Shown in pieces: positions 24,286 through 36,322 of a stretch of DNA of 52,924 bases. Source of the DNA: Chiloscyllium plagiosum. Its lineage: Eukaryota. Position 1 is the first letter of the stretch; the number at the start of each line of letters is the position of its first letter. The notes under the pieces are model-generated. The model made no database searches. It was not told where the DNA came from and saw only the letters and a list, made by a program, of their open reading frames with translations. The DNA lies in assembly GCF_004010195.1 (NCBI RefSeq), contig NC_057753.1:15137345-15190268 (forward strand). The letters are read 5' to 3'. The position numbers were made by a program, and so were the translations under genes.

Positions 24286-24600
24286 CTCTCTCTCTCTGTT
24301 TCTTTCTATCTCTCTCTCTCTCCAAGGAAGGGCGAGAGAGAGACAAAGAAAGATAGCCAGAGAGAGAACGGAGGGAAAGAGACACAGCAAGGAGACAAAG
24401 AGACAGGGGAAGAGAGATAGAGACAGAGACGGACAGAGGGAGAAACAAAGAGAGAGAGAATGAGATGCAGAGAGAGAGATACACTGAGAGACAGAAAGAC
24501 ACGAAAGGAGAGGTCCAGGGACAGACAGAAGACAGGGAGGGAGAGAGACCAGAGACAAAGAAAGAAACAGGAATAGAGGCAGTCAGTGAAAGACATAAAT
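23810..24600. repeat. GA-rich low-complexity region with an internal (CT)n/(CA)n/(TG)n block at ~24165-24322
   Basis: Direct reading. It explains the many S/L- and E/R-rich spurious ORFs here. Confidence 0.9.
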
Positions 24601-24654
24601 CGAGATGTAAAGCTAGTGTGTATGAAAGCAAGTCAGCCAGAGTGATCGAGAGCA

Positions 24655-24995
24655 CGTGATGGCTCAGCGGTTTTAGTGTGAGACTATAAATCCATAAACT
24701 CAACTGAAGTACTGGGGAGCCGAGTTCAAACCACACCACGGCAGAGGAAGGAGTTGGAATTTCAAAAAGAATCCGGAAGTTAGGGTCTGATGATGATCAT
24801 GGAACCATTGTCGATTATCTGGTTCATTAATACCCTTTTGGGAAGGAAATTTGCCACCCTCAACCGGTCAGGCCTACATGTGACCCCAGATACATAGCAA
24901 TGTCGTTGACTGTTTATTACCCTCTGGACATTTATGGGCAGGCAATAAATTCTGACCTGACCAGTGGCGCCCTTATCCTGTGAATGCATCTTCAA
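24655..24995 (+). mobile_element. second tRNA-derived SINE family copy
   Basis: A box TGGCTCAGCGG, B box GAGTTCAAACC, with the same core and tail as 23420-23735. Confidence 0.72.
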
Positions 24996-25442
24996 AAGTT
25001 AGAGACTCAAATTTGCAGTGAGAGGAAAATAGAAGTGTCGGAGTGGGGTGGAAAATGTAATGGAACAGAGTGTGTGATAGAGGAAGAATGACAGAGACAA
25101 GGAGAGGGAGAGAGAAGGACACAAAGAGAAGGACCGAGTGTGGCATACATACGTGGAGAGAGAAAGGCAGAATGACAAAGAGAGAACAAACGGGAGAGAG
25201 AAAGAGAGACAGAAGGAGAATATGGCAGATATAGACTGAAGCAGCTGGATGGAGAATGAGACTGAGTAGAGAAGGTCAGAGAAAAAAGACCATGGCAACG
25301 AGACAGAAACAGAGACAATGCCATAAAGAGGATGTTCGAAAGCGGAATTGAAGGGAGGGTGTGTGGGGGGAGCAATTAAGAGAGATGGGAGGCATCAGCA
25401 AGATCACCCATATGATGGGAAAACAGGATGCGTTAGATCCCA

Positions 25443-25580
25443 ACTCTGAGGAAGGGTCACTCGACCCAAAACGTTAGCTCTGATTTCTCTCCACAGATGC
25501 AGTCAGACCTGCTGATCTTTTCCTACAATCTCTATTTTGCTGTCTGAATTTACACAATTCACACTTCTTGACGTTTTTAT
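25443..25580 (+). mobile_element. Penelope-like LTR remnant with mutated hammerhead core
   Basis: CTGAGGA agggtc-actc-gaccc AAAA cgtta (GAAA mutated), followed by ctctccacagatgc..agacctgctga. Confidence 0.7.
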
Positions 25581-26030
25581 TAAGCTGGATCTCTTTGGAG
25601 GCGCTTGCTTGACGTTTTACTTCATTACCATCGTGATCAGTTAGTGAACGTTAGAGGCTATAAATATACTTTGAACAAAAAGACCAGAAGATTCAGATCA
25701 ATGACGGGCGAGAGAGAGAAAAAGAGACAGAGACAGAAAGAGGGGAGAGAGAAATCGAGGATACCGAGTTGGGTGGGAATAGACAGGGACAGAAAGAGGT
25801 GGATAGAGGGAGTGAGCGGGGTGGAGGGGAGATGGTGGCATAGTGAAAGGCTCCTGGTCTCTCGCGATATCTCTCTCTCGCTCTCTTTCTCTTTCTATCC
25901 CTCTTGTATTTAAAGTGGTGCCGTGCCACATACTGCTGGCTTCCCCACTCGACTGCATAAGGGATGGTGACGAGTGAAAACCCTAAGAGGTTCAGTCAGA
26001 AAGAGAGAGATGAGCTCGCAGCAGTATCAA

Positions 26031-26122
26031 TCACACATACACACACACCCACACACACACACCCACACACACGCGTGCACACACACGCATGTGCACACAT
26101 GCGCACACACAAGCACACACGC
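26031..26122. repeat. imperfect (CA)n microsatellite
   Basis: Direct reading of the sequence. Confidence 0.9.
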
Positions 26123-27035
26123 ATTATACTGGTTGGACTAAGTGTTATCGCGAGTGAAACATGCTCGTGTTCAGAAATGTGTTTGTTCCCTCTGCAACAT
26201 ACTGTATTTGCACAGTATTCCTCACTTTATGCACACTGAATAGCATCTTTCCATTTCAATTGTATTCAGGCACCTCCGAATGAGCCGCTTTTTTGTAAGG
26301 AGATATGGAGAATTGTAATTGAATTTCTGTAAATTGTAATGGTTTGTAAAGTACTCTTTCAGACTTAAGTGAGAAAAGAGTTCAAAGGTGCTGGGGGTGA
26401 GGCCAGCGCAGTTCATCTCCTTGTGCTCATATGTCAGGGGCAAAATCGATCACAAAAAAGTCTTGTGTGTCACCAAAGACATTACTTGAAGAACTAAAAA
26501 AAAGTTGCAGTCTGAGAGATTCACAGGTTTTGATGGTTTCCCACAACAAAAACCTTCTGTTTGTGCAGTGACGTGGAGGGTGGAAATTTATCCATTAAAA
26601 CATGGGAGGGGAATTGGGGGTGAAAACGTGGGGGCCGGAGAGAGAGAGAGGGACAGCGCCGTGGTTTCGTTACTTTCAGATTCATTCATTCATTCAAACT
26701 TCCCTCCAGGCCTAAGTCTCTGCCTCTCTTTGACCCCATCAATGTCTGCCGCTCAAGATATTGTTCCCCAAATCTCTTCCCCCTCCCCAGGAATTGCCAT
26801 CTCAATTTTCTCCCTTCCAAGATTTCCTGCCCAACTTAATTTGTGCTCCCGAAAATATTGTTAAGCCCCGATATTCTCACCTATAAGCACCACACCCCAA
26901 TCCCCCTTTTGCAAGACCGACCAAACCCTGTGCTTGGTCCCACCGATATACCCTGCTTTATCAGCAGTGATGAATTCTCCGAATGGTCAGATCCCAGGTG
27001 CTTTTTCCCAGAACATTTAGGGAGTGGTGTCGAAA

Positions 27036-27815
27036 NNNNNNNNNNNNNNNNNNNNNNNNNNNNNNNNNNNNNNNNNNNNNNNNNNNNNNNNNNNNNNNNN
27101 NNNNNNNNNNNNNNNNNNNNNNNNNNNNNNNNNNNNNNNNNNNNNNNNNNNNNNNNNNNNNNNNNNNNNNNNNNNNNNNNNNNNNNNNNNNNNNNNNNNN
27201 NNNNNNNNNNNNNNNNNNNNNNNNNNNNNNNNNNNNNNNNNNNNNNNNNNNNNNNNNNNNNNNNNNNNNNNNNNNNNNNNNNNNNNNNNNNNNNNNNNNN
27301 NNNNNNNNNNNNNNNNNNNNNNNNNNNNNNNNNNNNNNNNNNNNNNNNNNNNNNNNNNNNNNNNNNNNNNNNNNNNNNNNNNNNNNNNNNNNNNNNNNNN
27401 NNNNNNNNNNNNNNNNNNNNNNNNNNNNNNNNNNNNNNNNNNNNNNNNNNNNNNNNNNNNNNNNNNNNNNNNNNNNNNNNNNNNNNNNNNNNNNNNNNNN
27501 NNNNNNNNNNNNNNNNNNNNNNNNNNNNNNNNNNNNNNNNNNNNNNNNNNNNNNNNNNNNNNNNNNNNNNNNNNNNNNNNNNNNNNNNNNNNNNNNNNNN
27601 NNNNNNNNNNNNNNNNNNNNNNNNNNNNNNNNNNNNNNNNNNNNNNNNNNNNNNNNNNNNNNNNNNNNNNNNNNNNNNNNNNNNNNNNNNNNNNNNNNNN
27701 NNNNNNNNNNNNNNNNNNNNNNNNNNNNNNNNNNNNNNNNNNNNNNNNNNNNNNNNNNNNNNNNNNNNNNNNNNNNNNNNNNNNNNNNNNNNNNNNNNNN
27801 NNNNNNNNNNNNNNN
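27036..27815. other. assembly gap (780 N)
   Basis: N run. Confidence 1.
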
Positions 27816-28190
27816 CCCATGCCTCTCACCATCTTGTAAATTTCTATCAGGTCTCCCCTCGGACTCCGACGTCCAAGTGACAACGAATCAAGTTCATGCA
27901 AACTCTCTTCGTAGTTAATACCCTCCACACCCGTCAACATACTGGTCAGACGTCTCTGTACCCTCTCCAAAGCCCCGACATCATTCCAACAGGGTGGCAA
28001 ACAGAAAGTGACGCAATATTCCAAACGTGACCGAAGTAAATGTTGATCGCCTGCAACTTGACTTAGAAACATATGCTCAATGCGCTGGTAGATGAAGACA
28101 AGAATTTCATACGCCTTCTTCATCACCTTACCCACCTTTCTTGCCACTTTTAGAGAACTGGCATCCCTCTGCAGGCTAAGGTTTCTGAAA
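27816..28190 (-). mobile_element. CR1 ORF2 3' fragment truncated by a gap
   Basis: RSRLEYCVTFCLP..DVGALERVQRRLTSML..RGDLIEIYKMVRG. Confidence 0.88.
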
Positions 28191-30296
28191 TTTCTGACAA
28201 TGATTTTCTACTCCCATGCTGCCTTCCAAAATACTCACATAAACAATAACACTCACACTCATAGGCACAGTTAAACAATCACAGACAATTACACCCACTC
28301 TTACTCACTCACTGACACTCGCAGGAATTAACACAAACACAACAAATACACTAATACCCTCATTCACTGACCCTCATACACATTCACTGTGGCATTGCGG
28401 TCGACAAAGAGACACAGACTCGCAACACAAGCATGAAACCGCCGCACTTTTTTACCGAGGAAATTCAATTCATATTGTACATTGTCACGAACAGCAAGAT
28501 TCACAGTTCACAGAGATTATGGCGATGCATGAAAGATTTTCATTCATTTAAAAGCGAAAGAGCAGTCCAGATGATTTTTGCTGGACTACACGTTTTAATC
28601 ATTCTTTCTTGGTCGGTGAAAATGTAAAACAATTACACATGGAATGCCTTAAAATCCTTCAGTGATAAATGATAGGGCCGTCGTCCCCATTCGAGAGTCT
28701 ATGAAGCTATACAGAGAAATGGATCACGTGCTTCATCCAAACACTAAAATGATCTCTATACAATCTGTTTATTTTCCACTTTTAACTCATTACAATACAC
28801 ACAATCAAATAAGTAAAAGAGAGAACACTCATGTAGTCAGTTGAATTCAAAGTAAATACAAATGGATTACAATCAAGTAAAGCTGATATTAAGAAAAGCA
28901 CTCAGCACTTGGGAAATGTTAGTACATTACTTCTCGCAACATCATCTGCCGCAGGAGGTCCCATGCTGAAACAGGCGCTAACGTTTACCTGAAATGATAA
29001 AGAGAGTATTTGAGTCAACTCAACGTCATGTCACCTGTGTTCTCCATTTGCAGCACATACATCTGCCAACCACAGCTGGCGCTTCTCCCTGGAGGGATAG
29101 AGAAAAAGAGTCAAAGTGACTCTACATTATCGGAGTGAGGAGGGGGATAACCGAGGTGTATATCTATCTGCGTCTTCAGCTGGATACAAAAGACAGCATG
29201 GAATAGACAGGTGGGCAGCAAATGATCCCACCGCCAATATTTATTCTACAATCAGCAAAATTACCAAACATGTTACACAAAAGTTATCACTTCGGATTTG
29301 TGGGGGTTTGCTGTGTACATGCTGACTGCAGCTTATTCTCATTTACTGCTGAGAGGACATTTCCAAAAGCATACCATTGGCCACGCGTGTCTTTGTACGT
29401 TGGGTGGTGATAGTTGGTGTAACATAACAAAAGGTCTTCTGCTTATTTCTTTCTGGTAAAATAAACTTCAATGATCTCTGGGACGCGATTACATTTTTTT
29501 TATTAGTTTGATAATTCCCATCACAAGTAATCTTTCTTTCACTGATTAAAAACAAACGACGTGCTGTCGGTGATGATTTTGAACATTACATAATGCTCAA
29601 TGCATCTCATAATTTGTTGAAAAGCCTGGACATCCCATTCTCTCCTCTCTGTCAGAAACATTGGAACTCATGTGAAAAGGTATCTCTTATCTGTTGGATG
29701 TGTTTGCTATGAAATTCTGTATCACAGTTTCAGTGCAAGTCAGTTATGAAGGCGCCAAACATATGCAAGTTATCAGAAATCAAAGGATGGATTTTCTCAG
29801 AGGGCATCAGAGACGTGTGATGCACTGGGTTGAAATGATTCAAGTAATATTAGGCTCCTTTTCGTGATGGCCAGGAAGCTGAACAATGATAGTGTGGAAT
29901 TCAGGAGTATTATGTGACCATGTCAAATGCTGTTTCTTGAAACCATAGATTAGCACTGGACAGAAGAGGACCTTAGAATAAAAGATATGCGACTAAATTT
30001 TATAGTCTCATGTTCCCACACAAAGTTTTGAATGTTATCACACTTAAACTATTCATGCAAGCATATTTTGGAAGTTCAAAGTTACTCCGCCTAAAATATC
30101 CTCACAGCCAGTCCATTCCAGGGAAGCACCCGCCTCTGGGTAATGATAAGTTTCCTTAAATCCCTTCTGAAGTCGCATGTTTCTCTGTTAATGTATGTCA
30201 CCCTTCTTAATAGCCCATTCGGAAGGTTTCTAAAGATCAACACTGACTATTAAACAGTTTTGAAAATACGCAGGATGTTTCGTCTTACTTTGATCA

Positions 30297-31025
30297 GTGA
30301 GACTTGTTAGCAAGGTTAGATCTTATCGAATACAGGGAGAACTAGCCATTTGGATCCAGAACTGGTTTTACGGTAGAAGACAGAGGGTGGTGGTGGACGG
30401 TTGTTTTTCAGACTGGAGGCCTGTGACCTGTGGAGTGCCACAAGGATCGGTGCTGGGTCCGCTACTTTTTGTCATTTACATAAATGATTTGGATGCGAGC
30501 ATAAGAGGTACAGTTAGTAAGTTTGCAGATAACACCAAAATTGGTGGTGTGGTGGACAGCGAAGAAGGTTACTTCAGATTACAACAGGATCTTGACCAGA
30601 TGGGCCAATGGGCTTATATGTGGCAGATGGTCGGAGGTTGAGGGGTGACCTTATAGAGGTTTACAAATTTGAGGGGCATGGATCGGGTAAATAGACAAAG
30701 CCTTTTCCCTGGGACGGGGGAGTCCAGAACTGGAGGACATTGGTTTAGAGAAAGAAGGGAAAGATAGAAAAGAGACCTAAGGGGCAACCTTTGCACACAG
30801 AGGGTGGTACGTGTATGGAATGAGCTGCCACAGGAAGTGGTGGCGGCTGGTGCAATTGCAGGATTGACGAGGCATTTGGATGGGTTAACGATTAGGAAGG
30901 GTTTGGAGGAATTTGGGGCGGGTGCTGGCAGTTGAGACTAGATTGGGTTGGGATAGCTGGTCGGCATGGACGGGTTGGACCGAAGGGTCTGTTTCCATGC
31001 TGTACATCTCTATGACTCTATGATA
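30297..31025 (+). mobile_element. young CR1 fragment: RT core joined by an internal deletion (~30630) to the 3' end
   Basis: GELAIWIQNW..RQRVVVDGCFSDWRPVTCGVPQGSVLGPLLFVIYINDLD..KFADNTKIGG, then RGDLIEVYK and a ctctatgactctatga tail. Confidence 0.93.
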
Positions 31026-32329
31026 TCTAAGTATTGCAACATTTGGGAACTGTAATTGTAGGAATTCAAGTGCACTGTTATATTTCATATTTTGCAGAGA
31101 TTTAACTGGAGAGTAGTGACGTTCGAGACAGAAAAGTGATTCAGGGGATTCTGGAAATCGGGAGCAAAACAGAAATGGTGGCAAACCCGGCAGGAGTGGC
31201 AGTATGTGGGGACAGAAAGCAGAGTGGGAGCTATTGGTCCAGAGATCCACCTTTCGAGTAAATGCAGTGGCTTGATTGGCAACGTAATGAATGCCATATT
31301 TTGGAGGACAGTCCACACAGACAGATGACCTCAGTGGGGGTGAGGAGAGAAGCTCGAAAATGTTGCAAGCTGATCACTGGGGAAGCCAGGAACATTGCAG
31401 CAATTTTCGTCCATTGGCCAATTGGAAATGTTTAAACGGCTAGACAGCTGATCGGATAGTTTGGGTTTTAGTGTCAAGAGCGTCCACAGCATTGACGATG
31501 TTCATGTTAGAGTGACTCATTCCTTCTCTGTAATAGGTATGATTGCCAGGCTACCGAATACCCACATCAAACTCAACTCTCTTTGTATTTTGCAAATAAA
31601 GATCCACAGCGTGTGTCTTCCATTGAGCAGCAAGATCTACAACGTGAAACCTTCGAGCAGATAAAACCACATCTTCCATATTGGCCATCCAGCCAACTGG
31701 TGATTCACTGAAAATGTAGTTTTATAGACTTGGAATTTCACCGTTTGGTGAAGGTTGTGTTGGCTATTCAAAGAGCTGAGAAAAATGCAGTTTCTAATCA
31801 ATATCCACAAATTTAGTTTTCTTCAGGTAATTCTTCATTTCCTTGAAATTAAGATTCTCCCTCCACTAATAAAGCTCCTTCTCAGTGTCACCTTGTTGGG
31901 AAATGTCTCTGATTGCTCTGAATGTTGTTCTTAGAATTTCAGCCATCACAATATTGATCACATAATGGAAAGGAAATAAGATGGCTCAAACGCACAGAGA
32001 GCTAGTTAAGTTGGGAGTATCTGTACTGTAACTCACTGCCAGCATTTATCAGTGTGAGGGAATAATCAGGATCACTGTCCAATTGTAACTGATCATCTTG
32101 AGATTCAGTGTCTTCAGTCTCAACATCGTAATCATCACCATGAATTGGACTTTGGAGGAAAATATGATCATCTCTGAAACAGCTGCAAAACATAACACCG
32201 CGGAGTGGAAAATCAGATTCGAGTTGGTTTGCAAAGCTGGTGTTGGAATATGGGATCAGAGGAGTTAGGTGAATCACAGGACTTTGGTGTGGCGGATAAG
32301 AGATGAACCACAGATGACGATTGTTTTCT

Positions 32330-33080
32330 AGAGAAATTGGAAGAATAAGACCAATCTGATTGAATTATTCAAGTAATTAAATTCACAAAAGTGAGAGATA
32401 AAAAGAACTATTTTTAATTGTTGTAGATGCCAGATCTCAAGGACATGACCCATGACCACAGTCCGACGATTCAGGAGAAATCATGAAAGAAGAACGACTT
32501 GCAGAGATCTGGAATTATTTTCCTCGAAAATCAATTGATGTTAGGCTTGTCATTTATTTTAAGTATGAGACAGATTATACGTGATATTCATCAAAGGTTT
32601 TAAGGGATATAAGCCAAAAGCAGCTGTCTGAATTTAGGGTACACTGCAGCCAGCCATGGCCTCACTGAATGGCAGAACAGGATCGAGGGGCTGAACGACA
32701 TCCTTGGAGCTGAGGACACTGAGGTGTGGGCAGGATTTAGCTGCATGAAATTATCGATGACGTCAGTGGGATGGACAGGAAACAACTTTTCTGTTTGGTG
32801 CTGAGATCAAAGATGAGCGGCATTGGATTTAGGGAAGAGAAGGGACAATTAAAGAGAATGTGAGTGAAATTACTTTTGCCCTGAAGCTGTTGGGAATCTG
32901 GGGCTCACTGCCTGTAAGAGTGATAGAGGCTAAAGACCTTGACAAAGTTTCATAAATCTTCAGTGGCACAGTTGTGGCACCAATCCATACAAGGCTATCG
33001 GCTATGGACTACTAAATGGGATCAGAATGGTTCGGTGGTTGTTTTGACAGGGCTGGATGGTTCCGGTCTCTTTGACTCCA
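32330..33080 (+). mobile_element. two old CR1 3' fragments in tandem
   Basis: Degenerate 3' ORF2/UTR motifs (ggatcgaggggctgaa; gggaatctgg..ctgcctg). Confidence 0.55.
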
Positions 33081-33899
33081 AACTAATAACTTTTTTTTAA
33101 ACTGGCCATGCATGTGTTAGATCAATTGGTGACGGCGTCATCTCAGTTTTCTGAGCGTTGACACTTTAATGTTTGGACGGCAGAGCTGTCTTCATCCTGT
33201 AACGAAATCTCCGTCTCTGTCCGGCTCCATCATGTTAACCGCTGTATGCTCATTGTATCATAAGCTCTGTCTGAAACGTTGAAGAGAAATCCAAATTTGC
33301 TCGAATGTAATAATAAATTAAAACAATTTTAGATCTTCATTCGAGTCTCTGGAGATTTCATCTCTTTACAGAAGAGCCCAGAGACATAAGGAGCCAGCAG
33401 CAGCCTATTGAGTCAGCTCTGACTGATCTGACCCTCCTCAACTACCAATCTCCTGCCCTTGCCCCCTGAATCCCCGTCCGTCTCTCTCTCTATCTCAACC
33501 TTGAATACCCTCAATGCCACAACCTGCAGCCCTTTCCCCTTGATCCCCCTTCCTCTCTTAAACTTGCGCTCTCTCTCTCTCTCTCTCCCCCTCTCCCCTT
33601 GACAAATCCCACAGATTCACTCCCCTCGGAAAGTGAAGGCTGCATTGCATCTGAGATGATGTCCCTCTGGGTCACAGAGGCTCCCGCTTGAGGGGGAAAG
33701 GGAAACAACCTCATTCCGTGTCATCCCTGTCTAGATCCCATCCACCCGCCCCCACCCCCACCCAACCCAAGAATTTTCTGTTTCAATCCCAGTCACCTCT
33801 CATTCTTCTTGGCTCCCGACGAGGACAGGCCCCGACTGACTTGAACCGTCCCTCGTCAGGCAGTCCCTCCATCCCCGGGATCGGCCAGGTGAACCTTTT

Positions 33900-34445
33900 C
33901 TGGACGCCTACTCGCGAAGTGCTTCACCGAGCATCTCCGGGACGCCCGCAACAATCAACCCCACTGCCTCGTGACCGACCATTTCGATTCCTCCTCCCAA
34001 TCTGCGGAGGGCATGCAGATCCTGGGCCTCCTCCATTGCCTCTCCCTCGCCAACCGACGCCTAGAGGAAGAACGCCTCATCTTCCACCTCGGAAAGCTTC
34101 AACCCCAGGGCATCAATGTGGACTTCTCCAGTTTCCTCATTTCGCCTTCTTTCCACCCCCCCCCACCCCGACAACCTTACCCTAGTTCCAACCTTCCAGC
34201 TCAGCACCATCCTCATGACCTGTCCTACCTGTCAATCTCCCTTCCCATCTATCCACTCCAACCTCCCCTCCGATCTATCACCTCCATCCACCTATTGCAC
34301 CCTCAGCTACCTATTGCACCCTAAGCTACCTTCTTCCCCAACCCCACCTCCCTCCCATTTATCTCTGCCTGCATTCCTGCTGTAGGACTTTTGCCTGAAA
34401 CGTCGATTTTCCTGCTCCTGGGATGCTGTGCTTTTCCAGCCCTAC
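33900..34445 (+). mobile_element. Penelope-like retrotransposon 3' part (GIY-YIG endonuclease C-terminus plus LTR); mirror copy ~50965-51500 (-)
   Basis: DHFDSSSQSAEGMQILGLLHC..RRLEEERLIFHLGKLQPQGINVDF, then a pyrimidine-rich UTR and a degenerate ..gcctGAAAcgtcga hammerhead-type motif at ~34377-34406. Confidence 0.85.
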
Positions 34446-34449
34446 TCTA

Positions 34450-35620
34450 ATGGTGACTGACATCGGCCCCAGCCAATAGCGAGGGGGCCCGGCGGTGACT
34501 GGCACCAGCTCTGGGTGAAGGTGAGGGGCGGAAACTGACAACAGCACTGCGAATCACTGCGGGTGAAGGGCGGTGACCGGAGAGCTCTGACCAATGGGGA
34601 GGGTGAGGCTCGTTAATTGGCGGCAGCCCGCCCAACAGTAATTGACAACGCGGTGACCAATAGTGAGAGTGAGTCGTGAGTTGCCCGACCAATGGTGACG
34701 GGCGGTGACTGACAATGCCGTTGACCAATACTGATAGGGGTAGGCGGTGACGAGCGATGTGCCTAACCAATGGTGACGGGTGGTGACTGACGTTAGATTT
34801 GACCAATCGTGAGGCTGTGGGCAGTGACTGACTCCCGTTCTGACCATCAGTGAGGGAGAGGATTGGTGACTGACAACAGCAATGACCAATCGTAAGGGGG
34901 GCGTCACTTGACTGACAGCAGCTCTGACCAATCATGCTTCCTGGTCAAGACCTTATGCTCGCAACGCCGATTCTCCTGCTCTTCGAATGCTGCCTGACAG
35001 GCTGTGCTTTACGGGTACCACACTCTTCAACTCTAATCGCCAGCATCTGCGGTTCAGTGAGGCTGAGTGGCAACAGTCCTGAGCAGTAGCGGGGTGAGGG
35101 GCGATGACTACTATCGGCCATATCAATACTGAGGGAGTGGGGCGGTGACTGGCAGCAGCTATTACCAATAGTAAATGTGAGGGCCGTGACTGACGTTACG
35201 GCTGACCAATCGGGAGACAGAGGGTAGGTGACTGACGCTGTGGCTGACCAATACTGAGAGAACAAGACCGATAATTGAGAGCATGAGAATAGCGAGTTAC
35301 TGACGTTGCGGCTGACCAATGGTAAGCGTGAGCGGTCTTGACTGATGGTACGCCTGACCAATAGACAGAGCGCGGAGTGTGACTGACGGCGGGAGAAACG
35401 GCGTTTTGGGCACAAGCCCTTCATCAGGAGTCTGACCAATCGAGAGCGTATACCGCATTGATGGACGGCTGCCCGTACCAATCAGGACGGCGATCCGTGC
35501 AGACCGAAGGCCGGCCTGATCAATCGAAGATGATGGCCCTGGCACAACGGACCAATAGTGAGAGAGATCTGCGCTGACCGATGGAAGGACCGACCAATAG
35601 AATGTGACGCCCCGCCCCAA
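34450..35620 (+). repeat. CpG-rich ~40-bp tandem array of GTGACTGAC..TGACCAAT..GGGCG units; possible regulatory array
   Basis: About 18 same-strand CCAAT boxes counted by eye, many preceded by TGACTGAC and followed by GC boxes. Interrupted by Penelope LTR pieces at ~34935-35055 and ~35390-35432. Confidence 0.8.
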
Positions 35621-35837
35621 CACTGTGTCCTTTGAATCACATTGAGAAATGAATTTTGTATGATTAAACGAAACACGAAAATAAATGCAATTCACCATCT
35701 TCCCTTTAAACCAATTGCAGAACATACACTCAAATGAAACCGAGATTGCAATTGTAGTTATCTCAAGACAAAATAAATGTTACTGAATTACAATTAAGTG
35801 CAGCTTATTTCGAGAAGAAAAGAATCACCAATTTGGG

Positions 35838-36322
35838 AATAGAATAGAATAGAATCCCTACAGTATGGAAGCAGGCTATTCGGCCCAACAAGTCCACACC
35901 GACCCTCCAAAGAGTTACCCATCCAGACCCAGTCCCCTAGCCTATTTCTCCACATTTCCCCTGACTCATGCACCTAACCTGCACATCCCCGAACACTATG
36001 GGCAATCCACCCTAACCTGCACATCCCTGTCCATGGTGAGACAATTCTCCATGGTCAATGCACCCTAACCGGCACACTACGGGACAATTTGGCATAGCCA
36101 ACCTAACCTAACCTGCACTTCCGTGGACACTTTGAGCGATTTAGCATGGCAGATCCAGACTATCCTGCACGTCTCTGGAGTGTGGGAAGAAACCGGAGCA
36201 AACTTACACAGACATGGGGAGAATGTGGACACACCACTCAGATAGGCACCCGAGGCTGGAATTGAACCCCGGTCCCTAGCGCTGTGCGGCAGCAGTGCTA
36301 ACCACAGAGCTGCCGTGCCCCA
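35838..36322 (-). mobile_element. HE1-type SINE with internal tandem re-duplications and a (TTCTA)n tail
   Basis: B box GGTTCAATTCC on the minus strand at ~36258-36268, repeated ccctaacctgcacatcc segments, and a gaatagaatagaat tail. Confidence 0.85.

Noticed and set aside
23713..25958. Many overlapping S/L-rich and E/R-rich ORFs
   Set aside because: They are products of GA/CT low-complexity sequence.
26843..28147. Long ORFs (271-376 aa), and likewise those at 40059-40690 and 43265-43982
   Set aside because: They are artefacts of translating through N gaps.
34450..35620. CRISPR-like repeat-spacer array
   Set aside because: The context is eukaryotic, the repeats are short and degenerate, the spacers are mutually related, and there are no cas genes.
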